A DNA stretch of 32,173 nt from Octopus bimaculoides (taxonomy: Eukaryota), in assembly GCF_001194135.2 (NCBI RefSeq), contig NC_068982.1:24453292-24485464 (forward strand). The letters run 5' to 3'. The notes below the pieces were generated by a model. It was not told the DNA's origin and made no database searches. It saw only the letters and a list, made by a program, of their open reading frames with translations. Made by a program: the position numbers and the translations under genes. Below are positions 11,646 through 21,780 of this stretch, piece after piece. The number at the start of each line of letters is the position of its first letter. Position 1 is the first letter of the stretch.

Positions 11646-12070
11646 TACACACACACACACACATACACACAGAAACATAAACATATATATATGTATATAT
11701 TTCATATAGATAGATAGATAAATAAATAAAACTATACCCATATATATGTATGAGTATATGTATATATATGTATATATATATATATATATATATACACGCG
11801 CACACACACACACATATATATATATACATNNNNNNNNNNNNNNNNNNNNNNNNNNNNNNNNNNNNNNNNNNNNNNNNNNNNNNNNNNNNNNNNNNNNNNN
11901 NNNNNNNNNNNNNNNNNNNNNNNNNNNNNNNNNNNNNNNNNNNNNNNNNNNNNNNNNNNNNNNNNNNNNNNNNNNNNNNNNNNNNNNNNNNNNNNNNNNN
12001 NNNNNNNNNNNNNNNNNNTATATATATATATATATACAGTGAGAGAGACCGACAGACAGACAGACAGGCA
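11646..12070. repeat. Compound microsatellite (CA/TA/GATA/GACA) flanking gap 11830-12018
   Basis: Directly visible; explains ORFs 11580-12196. Confidence 0.92.
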
Positions 12071-14000
12071 GACACACTCACTGACAGTCAAACACGTCAC
12101 TGGGAACATATGACTATATTACAATCCTTCTTCGGACAATATATGTATTCGCGTATATTTGAGTCTCTAAGCGTTCATGTGTTTAAGTTTTTCTGAATGT
12201 TAATGTGAGATCGCACATTTATGATGGAGTGAGTATGCGTATATTTATACATAATACACCCACTATTCATGGTGTTCAATCATATGTTTTTCACGACATA
12301 ATTTAAATCCAAATCACAACGATTCTTAGAGCACTTTAAATCCTCGACTTAATTCCTCTGCAAAGTATGTCTTAAGAGACTGCAGTAATCTTGCATTGAA
12401 ACGCAAATTGTTGTTAAATTTTCAGATTGGTATTGCCTGAATAGCTGCATTTCAATAATCCTTACTAGCATAAACTGATAGCATGAAGAATGATTTAATG
12501 CGGGGATGCACAAGCTGCTCATTTTGGAGAAGAGAAACGTGAGAAATAAGGTGTCCTAATGTTGAACACTAGTTCTCATAAAAATTAATCAGCGTTCACC
12601 TTCGTTTGGAAAATTTACTTGGGAATTGCAACAACAATTCTGTTCAATACATCAATCGAAATCAGTTTTGTGTCCTCCCCGCTTTCTGAATATATGTGTT
12701 TTTCATTATTTCCCCAAAATATAATTCAGAATTATTCCATTTTATGGACGCAAAAATGTGTGCGTTTTCACCCTTAATTTCTATACTTTTAGCATAACTC
12801 ATAGTTTAAAATTCTCGCCTAGCATTAATAATGCACAACAAAAGTATTGATACTAACATCTTATAAAGACATTTTCGAATACTTCTCTCTCTAAATAAAC
12901 ATTAAGTTCCCATCTTTTGCCCTTTTGGCACTAAAACAAGCTTTATTATTTTTATTGAGTTAATGGCTTGACTCATTAGTGTATTTCTTTCAAATTGTCC
13001 ATATTTTCTTTAATATTTAGTTTTGCACATTTTTGAAACGGAATGAGTAGAAGAGGGGGTGTAATTTTATCTCATTTTTATATTCCTTTCTAAATGTCGT
13101 CTTTCTAAAACTCTCTATTTTTCCGGTATTGTTTTTGTTAATTTACTGCTTGTATTCATTCTTTTTATTCTATTTTTATTGGTTAATTTATACTTCAAAA
13201 ACCATTAGAATTTAAATTATATAATTTATTCATGTTGCTATGCTATTTGAAATTTCTCTCCATTTTGTATTTTACCCATTTTAAGCAACCATACATTATT
13301 TGCAAAAACATTAAAAAAATTTCTGAAATCTTCCTAAACATATTCTCCTCCATCAATTTTCTTTTTCACTTCCATACTAATTTTCGTTGTTTATTCTACT
13401 TCCTGCACTTTTCATACACTTTAGTATGCTTTATTTTTTCATCCGTTTACTTCTCTACACTTACATTTTGTATTTCACTCTTCACTTAATCGTTGTGTAC
13501 ACATTCTTATTTTCTTCAACTTAGTTTAATAGTTTAATGTATACTTTTGTTTAATTCCTTTCTATAATTTCTTTCTAACATTCTTGTTTCTTCTATGACT
13601 CTCCTTTCTAAACTATCTAATTTCTACGATGTTTGTTTGCTACTATTTTAGAATATTGAAAAAGAGAGAAAAGAAATACTCAAAACAGCGTCAGCAGTAG
13701 ATTATTCAGGGCACCCCCGCCACCTTTTATAGCATCATGCTATGAATAACAACAAAATAGATAATAGAAAATTCAAGTAGCTATCCTAATTTCATGTTGC
13801 TTCTGAGTTGATGGATGTGAGTTTCTTTATAATGACCAACCAATCATGTGTCCTCCACTGTTTGAAGAGCGACTCCTCACATCAATTTTAATTAGAGTCA
13901 AGAGTAGACTTGAATTTTAAACTGATAGTATTGGTTATTAATTTAATTAGATGCTGAAACAGACAGCAATACCATGGTATTTTCATACAGTGCAACAGTA

Positions 14001-14001
<1 letters not shown>

Positions 14002-14036
<35 letters not shown>

Positions 14037-14041
14037 GTGTA

Positions 14042-14072
<31 letters not shown>

Positions 14073-14091
14073 ATATATATATATATATATA
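14002..14091. repeat. (TA)n/(TATC)n microsatellite
   Basis: Directly visible. Confidence 0.95.
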
Positions 14092-14454
14092 NNNNNNNNN
14101 NNNNNNNNNNNNNNNNNNNNNNNNNNNNNNNNNNNNNNNNNNNNNNNNNNNNNNNNNNNNNNNNNNNNNNNNNNNNNNNNNNNNNNNNNNNNNNNNNNNN
14201 NNNNNNNNNNNNNNNNNNNNNNNNNNNNNNNNNNNNNNNNNNNNNNNNNNNNNNNNNNNNNNNNNNNNNNNNNNNNNNNNNNNNNNNNNNNNNNNNNNNN
14301 NNNNNNNNNNNNNNNNNNNNNNNNNNNNNNNNNNNNNNNNNNNNNNNNNNNNNNNNNNNNNNNNNNNNNNNNNNNNNNNNNNNNNNNNNNNNNNNNNNNN
14401 NNNNNNNNNNNNNNNNNNNNNNNNNNNNNNNTAATATATATATACACGCACACA

Positions 14455-15400
14455 CTAGCAATGCATTCTGGCGTTGTCCGGGTGGTATGACCTACAGCTG
14501 TATTGTATCATTTGTTTCCTTTTTAGGGACAGAATCGGCACACGAGGAGTGTGATGCAAAGATCTCCTCTTTATAAACATATTTTTAGGTTGTTTTCTGA
14601 TGAAAAATACTGAAAATGTTGACATCAAAAACATGAATAATGAGAACTTAGATTAGAATGAAATCCTAACATTGCCCCCCAAAATGACTTAGCCTTTCGG
14701 ATTTAAAGAATTGGATGACGTATGAGGACGTAGAGGTATCCGTATTGCAGAAAGTAATGTACATGGAAAGAAGGCTGCTTCACTGTGAATTGCATCATCT
14801 CTAATGTTTGGGCAGACTGCACGCTTCAAAATGTGTTAAGTGAGACCAAACAATCCTTCTGGGTAAACTATGTTTTGAGAAAGCCAAGTCTTAATAGAAT
14901 AAATATACAAGTCATCTGCATTGCTAACTCGAGAGCATGGGCTTTGTTGATTGTCATAGCGAAACACAATCGCCCTACAAACAGGGGCACACGATTTGAA
15001 ATGGCACATTTGAGGGAATAAGGGGCATGCATGGAATGTATGCAATTTCTCGTCGATGACAGCCGGCAATAATTGTTGCTTGTAGGACATGACTTGTCAT
15101 CGTAGTTACAGTCAATCTTGTACCATCGCATAGGCTGGTGGGTTGAAATTTCTCAAGAGCATCAGAGGTGCACGTTTCTTTAGGAGAGTTGAGAAGTTCA
15201 ACTGGATACTCAACAGCAGCATGTTCGTCGATGGTGGTATCAATGGAGACAAACGTTGACGCATCTCCAGGTAGAATGTGGAGGAGTTCAAAGATTACTT
15301 TATCAACGCTTTCATTCCGAGGTGCTAAGCAACAGGTAAAGGACAGGATTTCTGAGATAACTTCCTTGTAAGTTCAAATGGAATGTCAGGTTTTGAAACA
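14455..15400 (-). mobile_element. Helitron 3' end: decayed RepHel PIF1-like helicase C-terminus, 3' UTR, subterminal hairpin, CTAG terminus
   Basis: Hand translation: CLAPRNESVDKV..LLHILPGD..FVSIDT....AVEYPVELLNS / LKKRAPLMLLRNFNPP / LCDGTRLTV...VLQATII..YIPCMPLIPSNVPF / RLCFAMTINKA (14939-14973) / CSRVSNADDLYI...NIVYPE. The end reads CCCGGACAACGCCAG (hairpin, 14468-14482) ...TGCTAG|T, with CTAG at 14455-14458. Confidence 0.92.
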
Positions 15401-15510
15401 CGTTAATCACAAACAGAAACGACAGAATCGGAAAGCGTAATTTCCATAGGATTTGCGCTGTAGTTCAGAGCACAGTAAAAAGTAACATAATCCATACAGA
15501 ACTTTAACTC

Positions 15511-15574
15511 TGTGTGTATGTGTGTGTGTGTGTGTGTGTGTATGTGTGTGTGTGTGCGTGTGTGTGTGTGTGTG
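15511..15574. repeat. (TG)n microsatellite
   Basis: Directly visible. Confidence 0.95.
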
Positions 15575-16482
15575 ATTGTGCCGAAGGAAGTTATTTTTGC
15601 ATACTTTTCTTAATTCCAAAAGAATGAAATGTAGTGCAGTTGAAATATGCTAACAGCAGGTCTTCGTCCATTATAATGACAAATTGAAAGATAAAATAAT
15701 ACCTAATTCTACGCATGCGTGAAACATGGGATGAAATGGAATATGATCTTACAATTGTACGACACGACCTAATTTCTGGGGTTCTCGGCGTTCCCTTCCC
15801 TTCCGCTTTTTATGCTGGCTTTCTTTCACCTTCACCAACAGAACATACGGGATCAATGTTGTACTGTCTTTCCTTCACTTCTAACTATAGAACATACATA
15901 GGGTATGAAACATCAGCGTCTGTCTCTCATCCGCTATCTTTTTTTTTTGCTTCTCCTATAGAAACTTGTTCTCAGTCTCTGTTTCTTTCTCTTGTCTCTC
16001 TCTCTCTCTTTTTCTCATTCTGTTTTTCACTCTTTATGCTTTCAAGACAGCAGAAATTGAAAGAAAATATAAAGCGAAAAGGGGAGAGAAAGCTGAAAGT
16101 GAAGGAAGTGAAAAAATGAAAAATGTATGTACGTGCATATGAAATGGACGTGTGCGTGTATGTGTGTGTGATTGTGATATAGAAAGTGGAAGAGAGATAG
16201 AGTGAGTGAGTGAAGGTTTGTGTATTGATGATGGATGTCTTTTAAGGAACAAACATCATATAGAAAATGTGACATCATCGTCGTCGTCATTGTATAGAAT
16301 GTTTATGATAATTGACTTATGGAAATGATTCTAATTTTAAATGTTTGTAATGCAAATATGTCAATGAAAATAAAGTCTAGCTGGTATAAATCTTTTTAGA
16401 CCCCATACGTCAATATCGGTAACTCGGTTTTCGAATGCATAAGGAACATATGTATATACACACACACACATACAAGCTGAAA

Positions 16483-16489
<7 letters not shown>

Positions 16490-16528
<39 letters not shown>
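16490..16528. repeat. (TA)n microsatellite
   Basis: Directly visible; abuts the 5'-truncated Tc1 remnant. Confidence 0.95.
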
Positions 16529-16532
<4 letters not shown>

Positions 16533-16543
16533 TGTAAGAACAT

Positions 16544-17375
16544 TTGGATTGAGGTTCACTCGGAGCTTACAACTTCTTCGGATGTTGTCTCTAATAAGCC
16601 AGAATTTGTCAGAAGTCCTCAAGGAAGACGAAACGACCCACGTTACACGACGAAAAGAGTGACGGTTGTGGGTAAAAATCTGATACTTTAGGGATACATA
16701 AAGCGTGATGCTTCAAGAACGTTGGTTAAAATTAATTGTAATTTGAATAGGGCCAAATACATCCAGCTGCTGAAGGACAATTTGACACTAGGCTTGGATG
16801 AATGTGAAATGTTTCAACATGACTGAGCTCCATGCCACAACAGTACGTGTGACACAACAGGGTGTTGCTGATGAAGGTTTTATCGTATTGAAAGTGTGGC
16901 CGGCTCAGAGCCCTGACTTAAATATCATCGAACAAATATGGACAGAACTAAAGAGAAGAGTTCGTCAGAAGAATCTATGCAATTTTGAAGTGTTGTGGGA
17001 GTTCATCCACAGAGGATGACATCTCATACCTGTGAAGAGGGTGAAGGATTAGTACGCATCTCTTCCCTGACGCATTGAAGTAATTATTCAAGCCAAGGGA
17101 AATATTAACAATACACAGTAACTTTTTGAAATAGACTTTATCTAATAAATTTTCGTTCATATACAATTTTCTGTTTTAAAACACCGTATCTTGATTGGTT
17201 TATGAGAAGTGGCTGGAAATTTTGAATTCAGAAGCCTAATTACAAAATATAATGGTTAGGTATCGACATGATTCCAACAGGGCCAATGTATCATCTGTAA
17301 GAAACGCAATGTGAAACATCCTCTTACAAGTTGGAAATTAGTAGAAATTTACAGTAGTTTATACACGGTACTGTA
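16544..17375 (+). mobile_element. Tc1-family transposon remnant (DDE domain 16544-17121; tentative right end ~17373 plus TA)
   Basis: Hand translation: FVRSPQGRRNDPRYTTKRV..VGKNLIL*GYI...LVKINCNLNRAKYIQLLKDNL....MFQHD*APCH / VLKVWPAQSPDLNIIEQIWTELKRRV ... SLP*RIEVIIQAKG...*. The sequence ACACGGTACTG|TA at 17363-17375 resembles a Tc1 TIR end (tentative, no left TIR seen). Confidence 0.9.
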
Positions 17376-17689
17376 TTTAGCTATGTACATTAAAACTATT
17401 TTATACATAACACATGTATTTACGTTATACCGCTAACGGCCTCTGTATTTAAGTAGTACCAGTTTCATTAAAATTTTATTTCCGCTAAAATATTTTCTTC
17501 GCTTTGAAACCGTGACACGTTCACAGACAAAACTTCGCAGAAGTGTTGCAACACGAAGCTTTGTCAGTGAGCAGCAAATACACACATACATACACATTTA
17601 TTTCCTTTCATTTGTGTGTATGTGTAGCTATGTGTGTGCGCGAGTGTGTCACTGTTGAAGTCGCTCGTGCAAATTGTTTGTGTATATAT

Positions 17690-17887
17690 TCTTTTGAATC
17701 CTAGGCACAGGGCCCAAAACTTTTGGGAAGGCGGCCAGTCGATTAGATCGACCCCGGTAGGCAACTGATACTTAATTTATTGACCCCGAAAGGATGAAAG
17801 GCAATGTCGACTCAGCGGAATTTGAACTCAGAACATAGAGACAGACGAAATACCGCTAAGCATTTCGCCCGTCGTGCTAACGTTTCT
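17690..17887 (-). mobile_element. tRNA-derived SINE lacking its first ~15 nt (downstream unit of a tandem dimer)
   Basis: Reverse complement of AGAAACGTTAGCAC...GAGTTCAAATTCCG...GTCGATCTAATCGAC...GCCCTGTGCC. Confidence 0.88.
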
Positions 17888-18119
17888 TATTTCTTTATTG
17901 CCTACAAGGGGCTAAACATAGAGGGGACGAGCAAGGACACACACAAGGATTAAGTCGATTATATCGACCCCAGTTCGTAACTGGTACTTAATGTATCGAC
18001 CCCGATAGGATGAAAGGCAAAGTCGACTTCGGCGGAATTTGAACTCAGAACGTAACAGCAGACGAAATACCGCTAAGCATTTCGCCCGGCGTGCTAACGT
18101 TTCTGCTAGCTCGCCGCCT
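17888..18119 (-). mobile_element. tRNA-derived SINE, full length, different tail subfamily (upstream unit of dimer)
   Basis: Head GGCGGCGAGCTAGCAGAAACG, B box GAGTTCAAATTCC, tail ...GTCCCCTCTATGTTTAGCCCCTTGTAGGCAATAAAGAAATA. Confidence 0.9.
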
Positions 18120-18321
18120 TTCTTTGTGTATGTATTGGCTTAGTCGTACAGAGTGTTTGGAAACTGTGAAGAAGGTGCAAGTTTCGAGCACTTTGTCGGT
18201 AACTTCTTTTGTCCTCGTCTTCTAATAGTAATTACCCAACTTTCTGGGATCTTTTCACAGCTATCCCTCGTTCAAAAATTATACAGGTATTTTAAAGCTT
18301 TTCATTCAATAAATAATGAAT

Positions 18322-18535
18322 TACAATTAAACCTTGGGAGAGGCATTATGCCGGTAATAAACACACGCACTGGTTCAGTCCTTTATTAATTTATATAGTT
18401 TGGAGAGACAAGTTACTGAAGAGATTGCAAGAGTGCAATGAAATAATTTAACAAAAAACTATATAAATTAATAAAGGACTGAACCAGTGTGTGTGTTTAT
18501 TACCGGCATAAGGCCTCTCCCAAGGTTTAATTGTA
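18322..18535. mobile_element. MITE-like foldback element: 80-bp inverted arms, 54-bp spacer, TA at both ends
   Basis: 18322-18401 vs reverse complement of 18456-18535: 78/80 identical. Ends are TAcaattaaacc...ggtttaattgTA. Confidence 0.85.
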
Positions 18536-20574
18536 TTTCTTTCAACACACGTATCCACATCAAGAATCTTGCACACGAAATACACATACGAAATAATGAA
18601 TTATTTATACATTAATAGAATAATAAATAATACATTGATAGATTGATAAACTGTCGTTTTCCAAATAGCGATTGAATACTTAAAAGAGAAAGTGAGAGAC
18701 TTTGCAAATGAGAATGTAATACTCCGCAGTGAATGCAATGGATATTTAAATTTGTGAATTGGACGCAGTGAATATTTTAATTTGCGAGAAATTGAAGTTA
18801 AAAATTTCAAGAAACTTGAGAAGTTGAAATAATAAGAAGTTTCTTAGAACATGAATTCATAAAAATATTTCCGGACAGTCAACCCTTTAATAATTGCTTC
18901 CTTTTAGTACTTTTAGTAATTGTTACATACCTAATTAATAAGCAACTTTCTGCATTACAGTATAGATGAACGTACCTGTGTTTTCTTAGACGTGTCTCTA
19001 CATGTGATGGTTTAGCACAGTTATATGCACTGAAATATGATACTTAGTCAAGTAACATTTGAAAATAAGCACGTAATTACCGAGCTGTTTACAGTAATAT
19101 CTGCTGAATTATTTTCAAAACCCTTTCCCGCTCGCCGCAGCAAAAATTGTCTATAAATACTACCAACCACATTGTCATTGTCTTTGCCGAATTCATTTAC
19201 AGAAGATGTAAAGCAAACTGAATATTTATCAATATTTCAATAACATCAGTATCGGGAGATTGATATCCGATACGTTACACGCAATAATATAGACGTGCCT
19301 AATAATTCAGTAAATATGAATGATTACAGAATTGTTCATCTCGTATCTCCTTTAATATACGATCCAATAGGGATATGTGTAATAGTGATGCATTCTAGTT
19401 TACACCCACATAATTTCTTATTAGATAAATCGCTTGTATACTTGTGATTATGTTGACGATATCAATGGCGATATATATCACTTTTCAATATCTGCTATGA
19501 TATCTACCTACGCAACAATGAAATATAACACTTAGCATTTCATCTCGACTGAATGTCAAAATTATCAGACATATAGCATTACACTTCAATGAAAACAGCA
19601 ATAATTATTGTTTGAAAATGTTAATAATTTGTAACTTTTTATAAGTTTACTTTCCATAGAATGTTATCTACGAAAACAACCGCCAACTATTGTAACTATA
19701 TACGCATAGACACAGAAATTAACACACGAAACAGCTCAGCAAGCACTCTCTTAGTATCCTGGCATTGTTCAATGTTGGGGCAATGTTGAACAACTGCTGT
19801 TGCGTGTGAGATCTATGCGGCAATTGGCCGATTTCAAAATCGTGATTACAACGCTACATTTGTATAGCCGTGCAGAGAAGGAACTTTTCCTTGTCTAGAG
19901 GCAATTATGAAATAAATTGCTCGGTGAGCGAATTTCGAAGGTATGTAAATATGTTCTTTCTTGGTAGAGATTTTGTCAAGCTTCACTTAAAAATGCTGGT
20001 AAGGTAATCAGGAAGATGCTGTCCACGAGGTAACTTACTGAAATGTGGGCTGAAGTTCCCAAAATTACAAGACCAGATAGTATTACCTTATGCATAGATC
20101 TATGAGCTGAACAACCACAACCTGGAGAAGAGAGATGCCCTTAGTGCTCCGGGAGATTTTGCACAATTGTTTTACTCCTGTAGCAGTTATCTTTTTTTCT
20201 TTTTTTTTGAAAATACCAGTTCTATTTTTGTGTTGTTAAGGTATACTGTACATACCTGCATTTTGTACTCGTTTTCTCATTCCCTTATATGTAAATTCCC
20301 ACACTTTAATGCCGGTATCGGTTTTGTATTTTGCTATTTCGGGGTTGATAAAATAAGAACCTGCTGTGCACTGGAGTCCATGTTATTGACAAGCTCCCCA
20401 CAAGATTTCAAGCATTGTTTCTTTACTAAAAAAGGATTATGAATTTTATTATTTCGTACACGAACAAAAGTTCGAAGGTTGGAAGACAAAAACACGAAAG
20501 AAAAAGACAAACAAGATAAATTATTATCATCATCATCATCATCATTCTTCTTCTTCTTCTTATTATTATTATTA

Positions 20575-20830
20575 ATATGTTATTGCCTTTGCAGAGCTGC
20601 TAACGCTGGAGATGTACCACGGTTTCAGCTGTTCACTACCAGTAATCTTAGACAACACCCCTTATTTGTCGAGCACCATCCGGAGTATTCCATCACCTTC
20701 AAGCAGTGCTGTTTCCTGCAAGTGCTCCACACATATTATATCCCATATTTGTTCTCTGTATTTCTCATGATTTTACTCACTGTTGGCTCCAAGAATTATT
20801 GGTACTACTACCGCCTTTTCGAGTGATCCC
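20575..20830 (-). mobile_element. 3' end of an R4/Dong-type (REL-endonuclease) non-LTR retrotransposon with simple-repeat tail
   Basis: Hand translation: SLEKAVVVPIILGANSE*NHEKYREQIWDIICVEHLQETALLEGDGILRMVLDK* (stop 20662-20664). It resembles the VVPIVIGALG...LQKTALLGTARILR.VL C-terminus of R4/Dong ORFs, followed by a short UTR and an (AAT)n tail. Confidence 0.78.
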
Positions 20831-20867
20831 TCAAAACTGTAAGCCTTGCGGTAAAATTTGAAACCAT
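20828..20867 (+). mobile_element. SINE tail fragment
   Basis: CCCTCAAAACTGTAAGCCTTGCGGTAAAATTTGAAACCAT resembles the tail at 21037-21067 and the GCCTTGTGCC tails of other copies. Confidence 0.5.
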
Positions 20868-21067
20868 AAGGCGACGAACTAGCAGAATCTTGCACGCCGG
20901 GCAAAATACTTAGCGCCATTCTGCCTGTATCTATTTTAAGCTTTAAGTTCAAATTCCACTTTGCGTTTTCCTCTTTTGGTGCTGATAAAATAAGTACTAG
21001 TTGAGCACTGGGGTCGATGCATTTTGGTTAACCCGATCCCTGCGCATGTGCAAAAAATTGAAACCAT
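20868..21067 (+). mobile_element. tRNA-derived SINE, diverged
   Basis: AAGGCGACGAACTAGCAGAATC...AAGTTCAAATTCC...GATAAAATAAGTACTAGTTGAGCACTGGGGTCGATG. Confidence 0.8.
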
Positions 21068-21487
21068 CCCCTCCTCCTTCCTCCACCCCGTCATCATCAT
21101 CTTCATCATCATTATTATATGCATACATTTGCTGTGACGTAACTTGTGGGTATTTTGAGGACTACATTCGAAGCTCATAAGTGAGTGATTGCGATCGATG
21201 CTAAACATTTAAAGTTGCATGAACAATATATAAACAATTGTTTTTCATTATTTCTTTCTCGTTCAATTGTTTCTACCAAAAAAGTACCTTGTATGAATAT
21301 TTGATATTTTGTCTACGTTTGACTTAATAATATTCTGAATATTAAAATCGTTCGCACTGTATTTACAATTACTAGTGTCTGTTGCGTATTTTTTTTTTTT
21401 TCAATTTACCCAAACAAGGGCGTGTAGCTTAAATACAGCAACTCAACAGTTCGATCTCCCATTAAATATGTAGTGTTTGTGTATAAA

Positions 21488-21701
21488 ATCCTTTCTATTA
21501 TAGGCACAAGGCCTAACATTTGGAGCGGGGTTAAATCGATTACGTCGACCCCAGTACACAACTGATACTTAATTTATCGACCCCGACATGATGAAAGGTA
21601 AAGTCGACCTCGGCGGAATTTGAACTCAGAGCGTACCGACGGGCGAAATACCGCTAAACATTCCAAGCAGCGTACTAACGATTCTGCCAGCTCGCCGCCT
21701 T
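21488..21701 (-). mobile_element. tRNA-derived SINE, full length
   Basis: Reverse complement of AAGGCGGCGAGCTGGCAGAATCGTTAG...GAGTTCAAATTCCGCCGAGGTCGAC...GGCCTTGTGCCTATAATAGAAAGG. Confidence 0.9.
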
Positions 21702-21702
21702 A

Positions 21703-21780
21703 GGCACTTGCCCACAGTGGGACTGAACCCGGAACCATGTGGTTGGGAAGCAAACTACTTACCACACAGCTACTCCTGCG
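21703..21780 (-). mobile_element. tRNA-like head of a second SINE family, 3'-truncated
   Basis: CGCAGGAGTAGCTGTGTGGTAAG (A box) ...CCGGGTTCAGTCCCACTG (B box) ...GGCAAGTGCC. No complete cloverleaf, so not called as a tRNA gene. Confidence 0.75.

Noticed and set aside
12415-12545. Apparent exon bounded by TTTTCAG and GTGAG
   Set aside because: All three frames contain stops; splice-like motifs are common by chance in AT-rich DNA.
11580-14576. Long ORFs containing X runs and YI/CV/HT repeats (also near 9309, 22798, 23939, 29978-30624)
   Set aside because: They are translations of microsatellites and N gaps.
19120-19200. Core-promoter-like GC patch, TATAAATA (19153) and TCATTG
   Set aside because: TATA-to-Inr spacing is short (~25 nt), no downstream gene is seen, and the motifs are expected by chance.
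20858-21067. TTGAAACCAT on both sides of the SINE at 20868 as a target-site duplication
   Set aside because: The motif looks like the normal SINE tail end; the left copy belongs to a separate SINE tail fragment.
21703-21780. tRNA gene
   Set aside because: A and B boxes are present but the acceptor stem is incomplete and the context is a SINE head.
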